Position numbers and translations under genes: made by a program. A DNA stretch of 64,000 bases. Source: an uncultured Spirochaetota bacterium. Its GTDB lineage: Bacteria > Spirochaetota > Spirochaetia > SZUA-6 > CAVTHK01. Shown piece after piece: positions 10,765-21,514 of the stretch. Each line of letters begins with the position of its first letter. Positions within the stretch are counted from its first letter, which is position 1. The notes beneath the pieces were generated by a model. The model searched no databases. It was not told where the DNA came from and saw nothing but the letters and a program-made list of their open reading frames with translations. Location: contig CAVTHK010000011.1 in the NCBI GenBank assembly GCA_963734495.1, forward strand, positions 160,001 to 224,000, in the 5' to 3' direction.

Positions 10765-12235
10765 TTGCAGTGGACGAAGGCCAAAGTCGTGAAGCTCTCG
10801 GTCGTGGCTCTCTACAACTCCGTGTCCCTCCTGGCGACGTGCGCGCTGACTGAGCTCCTGATCCGCTACCACTTCGCGGGCTCGGGGAACGCCGGCCGCC
10901 TGTTCCTCGCCTGCCTCTTCGCCGTCTATCTCGTGTTGATGTGGCGCGATCTCTACGCCCGCAGCTATCACTACTACCTGCGGCACACTTACCGGATCGT
11001 GGTCCGCAATTCCCTGGTCTCCGCCGCCGCGGCTCGCTCTTTGTGACGGCGACGTCCGCCGTCCATCCCTTCCTGCCGTATCTCGGGGCCTATCTGGCCG
11101 CGGGCCTGGTGAGCCTCTCCCTGATGCACGTGCTGGAGTTCGCCTGGATTCGCCACCTGAGCCAACTGGGCTACTTCCGCAGGAACGTCCTCACCGTAGG
11201 CTGCGCCGACGAGCGCCTGCCGCTGCAGCAGTATTTCCAGGATGTCGGCCGCACGAGGCGGTACATAGGGTCGGTGCGCCCAGGCAACGGAGCGTGGCTG
11301 TGGAGGCCGGCGGGGGAGGGGAAGTACCGCTCCGCCGCCTGACCGCCGACCTCAAGCGCATCATCCTCCGGGAGAGGGTCGCCCAGGTCCTGTTCCTGCT
11401 CGGGCCCGGAGTGGATAGGGAGCTCCTCAGGGAGATGACGCGGTATTGCCGCGCCCTTTCGATCGGATACTACCTGGTGGCCGACGTCGCGGAGGTCCCG
11501 GATATCGACCGGCGGAACGCGGTGAGCCGGGACCATCGCGCGCAAGCGCAGGAGCCCCCGGGCGTCCCGTTCGATTACGTGCCGGTCGTCGAGGCGTACT
11601 CGGCAGCGAGGGACTCTCTGACGAGCATATCGCTCAAGCGCATCATGGACATCGCCGTGGCGACGCTGTCGCTCGTGTGCTTTCTTCCGCTTTGGCTGCT
11701 CATCGCCTTCGCCATCAGGGCCGAGGACGGAGGGCCCGCCCTCTACGTGTCGACGAGGGTGGGCAAGGACGGCAGGCCCATCAGGTTCTACAAGTTCCGC
11801 ACGATGGTCGTGGGCGCAGACGCGCGCAAGGCTCAGCTCCTGCCCTACAACGAGCGGGGCGACGGGCCCCTGTTCAAGATGCGCAGGAGCCCGCGGGTCA
11901 CCCGCGTCGGCGCCGTCCTGCGGCGCCTCAGCATGGACGAAGTCCCCCAGCTCCTGAATGTCCTGCTCGGCAACATGAGCCTGACCGGCCCCAGGCCCCA
12001 GCTGCCGGAAGAGGTGGCCTGCTACGAGGACAGTGACTATCTCAGGCTGGAATGCATGCCGGGGATCGTCGGCCTGCCCCAGGTTACCGGCCGGGACACC
12101 CTGGGGTTCAGGGAGTGGATGGACCTCGACCTGAGGTATCGCAGGGAATGGTCCGTCGTCCTGGACGTGAAGATCGCCCTTCGAGCCCTGAGGATCGTCC
12201 TGCTGGCGTGGTTCCGACGAACGAGCGAGCCCTGA
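10765..12235 (+). CDS. Priming undecaprenyl-phosphate sugar-phosphotransferase (WcaJ/WbaP/CpsE-like), frameshifted
   Basis: N-terminal TM helices in ORFs 10765 and 10941. The C-terminal Bac_transf domain has [44 protein letters not shown] and DL.Y..WS..LD.KI. Confidence 0.88.
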
Positions 12236-12237
12236 CG

Positions 12238-13957
12238 ATGACCGTCGAGCGGCGGACCGGCGCCCTTCTTCTGTTTGTCCTGCTCCTCCTGTCAGGCATC
12301 CCGCCGGCCCGGGCCCAGACCCACCTCGCGATCGGCCTGGACACGTCCACGTACACCCTGCTCGAGCTGCTGGAGCTCAAGGGGATGCTCTCGCGCCTGT
12401 CGGCGATGCGGCCGTATCCCGCGAGCGCCGTGGTCAGAGATACCTCGAACAGGCAGGCAGGCACGCCGACCGCCTCACCGCTCGTGAACGAGCGATCCTG
12501 TCGGCAGAGCTCGAGGCCCTGACCGCGGAGCGTGCGGGCCCGACGTACGGCAACCTGCGGAACCAGGGAGCACAGACGCCGGTCAGCGTGGGGATCGAGG
12601 AGAGGTCACATCTCAGCGCAGACCTCGCGAACCCGGGCGTGTGGGACATGCGCAACGCGCTGCGCTTCTACATCCTCGGGGATCTCGGCGGCTCGCTGTC
12701 GTACAAGGGTCTCGTGGGGTTCACGCTGGACAAGGCCGACGAGAACGCCTGGCCCCTTATGGGTTCACCAAGGAGTGGGACGGCTTCCACATCACTCCCG
12801 ACGATCGCTACAACGAAGGCCTGGGCCCCTGGCCGGCCGTGGGGTTCCAGCTCGAATCCGAGATAGCGGCGCGCCTGGTGGGCGGTGCGGTCCTGCTGGA
12901 CGCGGGCCGTTTCAGAAGGGAGTGGGGCCCCGGCGACGGCTCGCTGTCGCTTTCGGGGACGGCGAGGCCTTTCGACCGCGATCTCGGTCCACGTCGCCCG
13001 CGCCGTCGGTGGCGCTATCGCGAATGTCGTCGGTTCCCTGTCCGACTGGCAGCGGGAGCGGGAGACCAGGGAGGCGGGCACGCCCCTCTCCTATCAGAAG
13101 ATGCTCAGCATCGGAATGCTCGAGCTCTTTCCCTGGGACTGGCTCACCGTCACGGCAACCGCTTCGGCAATCTGGGGAAAGCGCTTCGAGCTCGGATACC
13201 TCGACCCCCTCATGTACTCGGTTCTCTACCAGAACATAGTCTCATGGGGGATTACGACAACATGACGCAGGCGGTCGGCTTCGCGCTGACGTTTCCCGGT
13301 ATCGGGCGCGCCTACTTCACGTTCCTCGCCGACGAGATGGAATTCTCCCGGGCTGAGCGAGTTCCTGCGAAGCCCCCGCAACATGGTGGCCTACCAGGCG
13401 GGCTTCAAGACGGCGCTTCCTCGACTGCCTTTTGCCCTGCTCGTGCTCCAGTACACAAGGATAGAGCCGTTCACGTACACCCACTACGATGCGACGCTCC
13501 CCATGTACAGCATCCCCGTGTCGATGAGCTACGCGAACGACTCCGAGAACCTCGGCTATCACCTGCTCCGAACTCCGACGAGCTCCTCGTGGCCCTGGAC
13601 TGGCTGGCGCTTCCCGGCGTCCGCCTGGGGCTCCGCTACCAGCTCATCCGTCACGGCGACCACCCCGGGTCCGCGGCGGACGCACCCGTGATCCAGGGCG
13701 ACATCAACAGGCCGTTCGTCTGGTCGAAGGAGTCGCTCTACCCCGACAAGAAGTTCCTCGAGGACGGGCTCTACGACTGGAACAACGCCGTGACCGTCTC
13801 CTGCGCCTGGGACTTGACCGGCCTGCCTGTCTGTCTCTCCGCGAGCGCCACAGTGGCCCACACGAGGTGGGACGCGAACGAAAGCGGCGAGTCGGAGCCG
13901 GACGCGCGGTGGCGGGCCATCATCGGCCTGGGGCTGGAGCTGTTCAGGAATCGATGA
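12238..13957 (+). CDS. Wzi-like outer-membrane capsule-assembly beta-barrel (multiple frameshifts)
   Basis: Signal peptide; 'LLELKGMLSRLSAMRPYP'; 'GRFRREWGPGDGSLSLSG.ARPF'; terminal strand IGLGLELF. Split over ORFs 12052, 12588, 12885, 13383 and 12641. Confidence 0.6.
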
Positions 13958-14035
13958 TGGAAGGAAGAAGGCGGCCCCGGCGGCCCCCGCCCGCGTCGTG
14001 GAGGGTCGACCGAATCGCCGCGCGCGCGCAAGCGT

Positions 14036-14665
14036 TCATGAGTCGCGCGCGCTCCCTCGGCCGCGAACCCGCCGAGCGGAAACGGTCCGGGTGCATGGCG
14101 GCGCCCACGACGACGTCCACGCGCGGGGGGAGAAAGGCGGCCTCGCGGCCGAGGAGCCTCCGGGGCGTGGCGACGATGACGACCGGCACGAACAGGGAAT
14201 CCCCGTCAGCACCGAGAGCAGGAAGACGCCGTCTTGGAATCCCGAGACGTCGCGCCTGCCGCGGCGAAGCTTTCCCTCAGGGAAGAAGTGAACGAAACCG
14301 TGGCAGGCGGCGGCGCGCTCGATGGGAGACCGCAGCCGCTCGATCGGGTGCTTGGTCGGGAGCGGGAACGCGCCGAGTAGTCGTATGTAGGTCCCGAGCA
14401 CCGGTATGGCGAAGGTCCTCTGCATCGCCGAGAAGAGGGTCCTCCTCGGCCGCAGGGCATGGGCGATGATCCCGGGGTCGAGGGTCATGGAGTGATTGCT
14501 CACGAGCAGCGCCCGCGGGAGGCGGAGGTTCCGCCGGCCGTGAATCCGCAGGCCGAAGAACGCCTGGTCGAAGGCGACCACGATCAGCAGCGTCAGCCCG
14601 AAGACGAGCGACGAGGCGAGCCTGAAGGAGGCGGAAAAGTCGATGGGGGACCTGCTGCTGGTCAT
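14036..14665 (-). CDS. PlsC-type (lysophospholipid) acyltransferase on the opposite strand inside the locus
   Basis: NHSMTLDP (NHxxxxD) and FFPEG motifs; C-terminus appears frameshifted after 'LTGIP'. Confidence 0.85.
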   Translation of the reverse strand: MTSSRSPIDFSASFRLASSLVFGLTLLIVVAFDQAFFGLRIHGRRNLRLPRALLVSNHSMTLDPGIIAHALRPRRTLFSAMQRTFAIPVLGTYIRLLGAFPLPTKHPIERLRSPIERAAACHGFVHFFPEGKLRRGRRDVSGFQDGVFLLSVLTGIPCSCRSSSSPRPGGSSAARPPFSPRAWTSSWAPPCTRTVSARRVRGRGSARDS

Positions 14666-14763
14666 CGCGCACGGGCACGGTAGCGGCTGCCGGCGATGCA
14701 GTCAACGGATCCGCGGTGCTTGATCCCGCGGCTCGTGTCTGAAAGGATCAGGGCGTGACGTGC

Positions 14764-16038
14764 ATGGACGGCGCGGGGGCCCGGGCCGGGCGCGCTCGAG
14801 CGGTGCCTGGCTCGTGAGGGGCGGCGTGCCAGCGTTGCCGATCAGGCGATGGTCGCCGGCGCCAACTTCGTCCTGAACATCCTCCTGGCCCGATGGCTCG
14901 AGCCCGCCGAGTACGGCGCGTACGCCCTTGTCTATTCGTTGTTCCTTCTGTTCGCGACCTTTCACACCGCGGTGCTCACCGAGCCGATGCTCGTGTTCGG
15001 CCCGGGCAGGTCGCCGGCCGCTCAGAAAGTACCTGGGCGTCCTCGTCGCCGGGCACGCAGCGCTGATGGTGCCGATCGGGCTGCTCACGCTCTGCGCCGC
15101 GGCAGCGCTGGGGCGCCTGATCTCCTCCGAGGCGCAGCGGGCGATGTCCGCGCTCGCCCTCGCCGGGCCGCTCGTCCTGCTGCTCTGGCTCTTTCGCAGG
15201 GCGCTCTACGTCATCGTGAAGCCGGAGTGGGCGTTGCTGGGGGCGGGCGGCTACTTCGTCCTCTTGATCGCGGCCGCTGTCGCTCTCGAGGCGGCCGGCA
15301 GGATCGCCCCCGCAACGGCCTTCCTGGCGATGGGCGCGAGCGCGCTGGTGGTGAGCCTGCTGCTGGCCGGCCGCCTCCGCCCGTCATGGGCGGCCGCGGC
15401 GATCCGGACGCCCGCTCCGTCGCTCGGGAGCACTGGAAGTACGCGCGCTGGTCCCTGGCCTCGGCCGCCTTGACCTGGGTCCCCGGAAACGTGTATTTCG
15501 TGCTTCTTCCCGCCTGGCTGGGTCTCAGGGGACTGCCGCCCTGCGCGCGCTCGCCAACCTGGTTCTGCCGGTCACGCACGCCATCGGCGCGCTTTCTCTC
15601 CTGCTCGTGCCGCTGCTGGGCCGCCGCGCGCGCGAAGGAAAAGAGGCGATGGCCCGCACGATGCGCGTCTTCCTGACGCTCTTTCTCTCGGGAGCGGCTG
15701 CCTGCGAAGCAGGGCTGTTCGTCTTCAGGCGCCAGTTGTTCCAGTTGCTGTACGCGGGCAGATACGCGCAGGAGGCGCATCTCGCGCCGGTCGCAGGCCT
15801 GCTGGGGTTCCTGGCTGCGATGATCTCGGTGCACGGCGCGGCGCTGAGAGTCCTGGAGCGGCCGGACCGGGTGTTCTGGACCTACGTGGCCTCGAGCGCA
15901 GTCGCAGTCGCAAGCGGCGTTCCCCTGGCCAAGCGCTTCGGGATCGCCGGCGCTCTGGGGGGGCTGCTGCTCTCGTCCGCGACCACGGCCGCAGTCATGT
16001 GGCTGTTCTCCCGGCGCCTGCGGGAAAGCCGGTCCTGA
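14764..16038 (+). CDS. Wzx-type flippase / polysaccharide biosynthesis protein (frameshifted)
   Basis: 'DQAMVAGANFVLNILLARWLEPAEYGAYAL'; multiple TM segments across ORFs 14849, 14928 and 15607; 'FGIAGALGG' near the C-terminus. Start is approximate. Confidence 0.75.
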
Positions 16039-17164
16039 TGCGCATCGCCCATTTCGGCCTCGGCCGGTGCAACCCCGACAGCGCCAACGGAGTGGACAAG
16101 GCCGTCTACCACCTGAGCATGACTCAGGCGGCGCTCGGCGGCACGGTTGCGCTGTTCGAGCTCACCGCCAAGGACCCGATCCCGATCCCCGGGGTCGACG
16201 TCAGGTGCTACTCTTCTGCCTTCGGGGTGCCCGCGAGACTGCTCGCCGACCTGCGACAGTGGAGGCCGGACGTCGTCCATCTGCACTCCGTGTTCTCCCC
16301 GGCCGTCGCGGTCCTGGCCCGCTGGCTGCGCCGGCGCGGGCTGTCCTATGCCCTCACGATCCACGGCTCGCTTTCGCGCGACGTGCTGAGGCGCAAGCGT
16401 CTGCTCAAGCTGGCGTACAAGCCGATATTCGCGCTGCCGACGCTGAACGGCGCCGCCTTTGTCCATGCTCTTTCCGAGAGTCACGGCCTGCGCGAGTACG
16501 GCGTGCGGACGCCGGTCGTGATCGCCCCGAACGGGATCGATTCCGGCGCCATCTCCGCGGCCCCGAGCTCTGAGCTGCTCGTGTCGCGCTACCCGCAGAC
16601 GCGGGGAAAGCGGGTGTTCCTGTTCATGGGCCGCCTCGACGCGCGGTACAAGGGGCTGGACCTACTCCTGCGGGGCCTCGCCCTGGCCTCGCTGCCGGAT
16701 GCCGTCCTGGTGCTGGTGGGCCCCGCTTCGCGCAGGCAGCACGACTCGCTCGCGCGGCTGGCCCGCAGGGTGGGCATCGGGGGGCAGGTGATCTTCAACG
16801 GGGCGGAGTTCGGCCGGGCCAAGCTCGACCTTCTTCAGGCGCGGACGTCTTCGTGCTCTGCTCGCGCACCGAGGGGCTGCCGATGGCCGTCCTGGAGGCG
16901 GCGGCCTACGCGAAGCCGTGCCTCGTGAGCCCCGCGGCGAACCCGGCAGGGATCATCGAGAGCTGCGACGCGGGAATCCAGGTGCAACTCGCGCCCGCGA
17001 GCATCGCCGAAGGGTTGAGGCGCTTCGCTCGCGCCTCCGGGCTCGAGCTCGCTCGGATGGGGCGGAACGCGCGCCGGATGGCGGAGAGGGAGTTCCGCTG
17101 GGAGAGAACAGCCGCGCTTCTTGGAGAGGCTTATGCCGCCTATGCACGAAGATCCGAGAGCTAA
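16038..17164 (+). CDS. GT4 glycosyltransferase (frameshift near 16840)
   Basis: PDVVHLHSV, FLFMGRLD..YKGLDLLL, then SRTEGLPMAVLEAAAYAKP (EX7E) in the next frame. Confidence 0.85.
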
Positions 17165-19600
17165 GCTCGCCGCCCTCGAAGCGGTGGCCGAAGCCTGGAA
17201 TCGGCAGGACATCAGCTACGCGGTCTGCCATGGGATCGAGCGGTACCCTGCGGCCGCGGGACGTGATCTGGACGTCATGGTGCGCGCAAGCCATATCCGG
17301 CGAGCCGCGGCGATTGCCGCCGATGAGCTGGCATCGGGTGGGTTTGTCGTTCTGTCCCCCGCCAACCCGTGGGGAGCGGTATGGCTCTTCGCTTTCAGGG
17401 GCAGCCTTCATCTTGAGATTGACCTGATCCCTTTCCTGTCACGGGGCCCGGTCCTGCTCGCGCGGAATCCCCATCCATCGCGGCAGGTCGGGCCGTTCAA
17501 GGTCGACCCGTGGGCCGGCTTCGCCAAGGGCATCCTGATGCCGGTGCTGGGCGGAGGGGTGCCGCTGGGGCCCCTGCCGGAGCAGGAAGCGGAGGACGAG
17601 GCGCGAAAGGCCTGCGTTCGGCTCTTCGGCCCCGGTCCGGCCGCGGAGCTCTGGCAGCACTTGCTGAGCGGGGACGGTGCGCGCATTGCGGGGATGGCAG
17701 GCGCGCTGCGGCGCAACTCGGTCCGGCGAGCGCTGCTTCGCCAGCCGCTGCGCGGGATCGGGCTGTCGCTTCCCTGGGCACGCAAGACGATCCTGCCTTT
17801 CTTCCACAGATGCGCGCCGATCGTTGCGCTGGTCGGGCCGGACGGGGTGGGCAAGACCACGGCGCTGCAGGCGGTGCGCGCCGATGTGCCCGAGCCCTTC
17901 TGCGGCGTCGCGGAACGGCACTGGCGGCCCGGGCTCCTGCCCCGGCCCGGCAGCCTCCTCGGCCGTGCCGCCCCCGGGCCGGACCCCGACGGGCTCCTGC
18001 CCCCGCGCAGGAGTCCCGGGAGGCTTCACTGGCTGCGGCTGGCGTACTACCTGGTCGACTTCACCCTCGGCCACTTTCTCAGGGATCTCCCGGCCTCCAG
18101 CCGGCTGCAGGTCGTCCTCTATGACCGGCACGCTCTGGACATGGCCGTGGACCCCGTGCGCTACGGCCTCGCCTCCCCGCGGGGGACGAGGCTCCTCTGG
18201 CGGGTGGTTCCCAAGCCGGACCTCGTCATCCTCCTGCACGACGAGGCTGGCCGCATCCGTTCGCGCAAGCCCGAGCTCGAGACGCCTGAGATCGACAGGC
18301 AGCTCGTCGAGTGGCGGCGCCAGCTCGTCGAAAAGCGGGTCGGCGCCGTCGTCCAGGCGGACCGGGGGCCGGAGGAGACGACCCGTGCCGTGAGCGAGCT
18401 GATCGTCGAGGCTTTCCTCGCCCGAAGACGCAGGGTGCGGCCGGGCCCGATCGATCTGGCCGGGTGGCTCGGGCCGATGCTCGGGACCTCGGGAGGCGTC
18501 CCGTACGGGCTCATCACCCTGCGTGGCCGGCGACAGTACCTGGTGCCCGCGGGCAGGCGGAAAGCGGCGCTTGCCGCGCTGCGCCTCTACAGGCCGCAGA
18601 AGCTCCGCTCGAGGCTGGCTGCCGCCCTTTCGGTCGCAACGAGGTGCGGCGCGGCCGGCCGGCTGCTCCCGCGTCTCACGCTGCCCTCCGACGGCGGGCT
18701 GCTGGATCACCTGAAGGCGGCACTGGGTCTGCGCGACATCGCGCTGGGATCTCGGGAGGGCCGCGGGTCTGACGGAAGCCCGTGCTCCTGCTCATGGATC
18801 CGGACGGACGGCCCGTGGGATACGCCAAGATCGGCTGGAACGAGCAGACCCGCAGGCTCGTGCGGAAGGAGCGCGAGGCGCTCGATTTCTTCTCGCGCCA
18901 TTCCCTGCCGCACGGGCTGTTCCCCAGGGTGCTGCACTCGGTGTTTGCGGCCCGCTGGTCGTGCTCGTGACCGAGCCGCTGGACCTGGCAGGGCGACGAA
19001 GAGGCGTCCGTCGAAGCAGACGAGAGGGAGCTGACGGACCTGGCCACGCGGTTCCGTGGTCGAGGTGGCCGAAGCCGGCGAGATCAGACAGAAGCTCGGA
19101 GACAGCGAGCTCATTTCGGGTATACTCGCGGGACTCGGGGACTACGGTTAGGAGCGTACCGTTTCCCCAGCGTCGCGTCGTCGAGCAGGCCTCGATACGC
19201 GTGGTTTCGAAGCTCGGCTCCTTGGAGATTCCGTTCGTCTGGCAGGTAGGGGACTTCGTGCCCTGGAACATTGCCGTGGACCGGGCGACCGGTCGTGTCC
19301 TGGCTGTCGATCTCGAGTACGCGGCGCCCCGAAGCATCCCCCGGGTGGGACCTGTTCCATTTTCTGGGAGGGAGGGCAGGTTTCCGGGCTGTTCGGAGGC
19401 CCTTCGAGATCCCGGCCTGGAGGTACTTCGAGGCGCTCGGGATCGATCGGGGCGTGGTGCCATGGCTTCGGGTCGCCTATGTGGCCAGCCTCTGGCTGCT
19501 GTGGGCGCGGTCGTGGAGCGCACCCGGAGTCGTGAGATCCGCCGAGGCCCTCCTGGCGCTGCGCGCCAAGAGCAGCGAGCTGTTCGCGGCGCCTGGTCAA
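17142..19600 (+). CDS. Multidomain protein: nucleotidyltransferase-like + thymidylate-kinase-like + APH/choline-kinase-like (frameshifted)
   Basis: GRDLDVMV (DxD); P-loop GPDGVGKT with YDRHALD and PKPDLVILL; then GYAKIG...EREAL, VGDFVPWNI, VDLEYA and GWDLFHF in shifted frames. Confidence 0.7.
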
Positions 19601-19607
19601 GCCGGGC

Positions 19608-20297
19608 ATGACCGCGCTCGACATCGGAGCGCATGTCGGGTACTACACGCGCCTGTTCTCGGGCCTGGTGGGGAGCGGTGGACAGGTCTTCGCTTTCGAG
19701 CCCAATCCGCGAACCTTCGCGGTTCTCGAGAGGAACGTGCAGCGGTGCCCGAACGTGCGCCCCATACAGCGTGCGCTGACCGATCGGGAAGGGACGGCCG
19801 TCATGTACGACTTCCTGCCCACTTCGGGCGGAGTCACCTTCTACTATGACGCCGGCAAGAAGGACTGGTACAGAGAGCAGCTCGCCCACAGGGAGATCAG
19901 CCCCCGCGTCGTCCAGGACTTTCCCGAGACCCGGCATCAGGTCACGACCGTGACGCTCGATTCCCTGTGGTCGTCAGGCGTGGTGCCCGGGGCGGACTTC
20001 ATCAAGATGGACATCGAGGGAGCCGAGATGAGCGCTCTGCAGGGGATGAAGGGGTTGGTCGCCTCATCGCCCCGCCTGACCATGATCATGGAGTACTATC
20101 CCCGGGGTCTCGAGCTGATCGGCATCGACCCTCTCGACGCTTTGCGGCGCCTCAGGGACTTCGGATTCGGCAGGATCGGAGTGATCGAGCATGGAAGCTT
20201 GACCGATGCCGGTGACGGGGAGTTCATGGCCCGGCTCGTCAGGAAGCTGCTTCAGGAGATCCTGCGGGTCAACATCCTATGCGTCAAAGGACCCTGA
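19608..20297 (+). CDS. FkbM family methyltransferase (possibly fused to the upstream gene)
   Basis: DIGAHVGYYT, VFAFEPNP and FIKMDIEGAE. The conserved RLVKPG motif lies upstream of the ATG. Confidence 0.9.
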   Translation: MTALDIGAHVGYYTRLFSGLVGSGGQVFAFEPNPRTFAVLERNVQRCPNVRPIQRALTDREGTAVMYDFLPTSGGVTFYYDAGKKDWYREQLAHREISPRVVQDFPETRHQVTTVTLDSLWSSGVVPGADFIKMDIEGAEMSALQGMKGLVASSPRLTMIMEYYPRGLELIGIDPLDALRRLRDFGFGRIGVIEHGSLTDAGDGEFMARLVRKLLQEILRVNILCVKGP

Positions 20298-21514
20298 ACC
20301 GCCGCAGGGCGGCGCTTGCCGGCGCTCGCGCCCGCAAGCCGGCGCCTGTCGGCGATGGCGCCCGCAAGGCCAGGATCGCGGTCTTCTTTCCTTCGTTCCT
20401 GGGCGGCGGCGCAGAGGGCGTCTGCCTCTGGATTCTCGAGGCCCTGAGAGCGGAGTACGAGCTCACCCTGCACACCTTTTCCGAAGTAGACTTCGCGCGC
20501 CTCAACGAGTACTACGGAACGCACTTAGGCAAGGAGGAGGTCGAAGTCGTCCAGCCCCTCGCCTCCGCCACGCTCAACCGCGTGGTGGCCGGCAGCCGCC
20601 GGCTCTTCACCCTGAGGCAGCATCTGCTGATCCGGCACCTCAAGCGCCTCGGGCAGGAGCACGAGCTGCGCATCAGCGCCTTCAACGAGATGGACTTGGG
20701 CGAGCCGGGAATCCAGTACGTCCACTTCCCGCTCTATGGTCGTGGACACGAGAGGGTGCGCGGCGAGATACTGGCGCCCGATTCCCGCGTACGGGCGGCG
20801 TACCGGGCTTTCTGCAGGCTCCTGTCGGGCTTTTCGGACAGCGGGATGAGACAGAACCTGACAATCGCCAACTCCTTCTGGACGGCCGGCGTGGTCCAGC
20901 GGGCGTTCGGCGTCGAGGCCCGGGTCATCTATCCGCCCGTAGGCGAAGGCTTCCCCGCCGTGCCCTGGGAGCGAAAGCGCAGCGGGTTCATCGTGCTGGG
21001 GAGGATCGTACCCGAGAAGCGAATAGAGACCGCGTTCGAGATCGTGCGGGAGCTGCGGCGGCGGGGCCTGGAACTGAGCCTGTGCATCGCGGGGAGGAGT
21101 AGCGCACCCGGCTACCTGGCAACCCTGCGCAGGCTGATCAAGGGCAGCGAAGCGTGGGCGACGATCCGGACGGATCTGACGCGGGAGGCGCTCTGCCGGA
21201 CGGCTGCCGACTATCGTTACGGGCTGCACGTCCGTGAGAACGAGCAGTTCGGCATTGCGGTGGCCGAAATGATCAAGGCGGGCTGCCTGCCGTTCGTGTC
21301 CGCCAGGGGCGGGCAATCGGAGGTGGTCGGCGGCCTAGAGCCGCTGCTCTTCGACGGCCCGCAGGAGGCCGTCGCAAAGATCGCGGCGGTTCTGACCGGC
21401 AAGAGCGAGCAGGAGCGGCTGCGTCGGAGCTTGGAGCGGCAGGCGCGGATGTTCTCCGCAGAGCGCTTCATGACCGAGATCCGAAGCGTCGTCAGGGAGT
21501 TCCTAGCGGCATGA
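20279..21514 (+). CDS. GT4 glycosyltransferase (ALG11-like)
   Basis: GGGAEGV, IQYVHFP, ANSFWTA, VIYPPV, LGRIVPEKR, NEQFGIAVAEMIKAG. Confidence 0.88.
   Translation: MRQRTLNRRRAALAGARARKPAPVGDGARKARIAVFFPSFLGGGAEGVCLWILEALRAEYELTLHTFSEVDFARLNEYYGTHLGKEEVEVVQPLASATLNRVVAGSRRLFTLRQHLLIRHLKRLGQEHELRISAFNEMDLGEPGIQYVHFPLYGRGHERVRGEILAPDSRVRAAYRAFCRLLSGFSDSGMRQNLTIANSFWTAGVVQRAFGVEARVIYPPVGEGFPAVPWERKRSGFIVLGRIVPEKRIETAFEIVRELRRRGLELSLCIAGRSSAPGYLATLRRLIKGSEAWATIRTDLTREALCRTAADYRYGLHVRENEQFGIAVAEMIKAGCLPFVSARGGQSEVVGGLEPLLFDGPQEAVAKIAAVLTGKSEQERLRRSLERQARMFSAERFMTEIRSVVREFLAA

Noticed and set aside
17800-18430. Housekeeping thymidylate kinase (tmk)
   Set aside because: It is an internal domain of a glycan-locus fusion protein, not a standalone tmk.
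20320-20372. Short direct repeat GCGCCCGCAAG (two copies)
   Set aside because: Only two copies within a coding N-terminus; no array structure.
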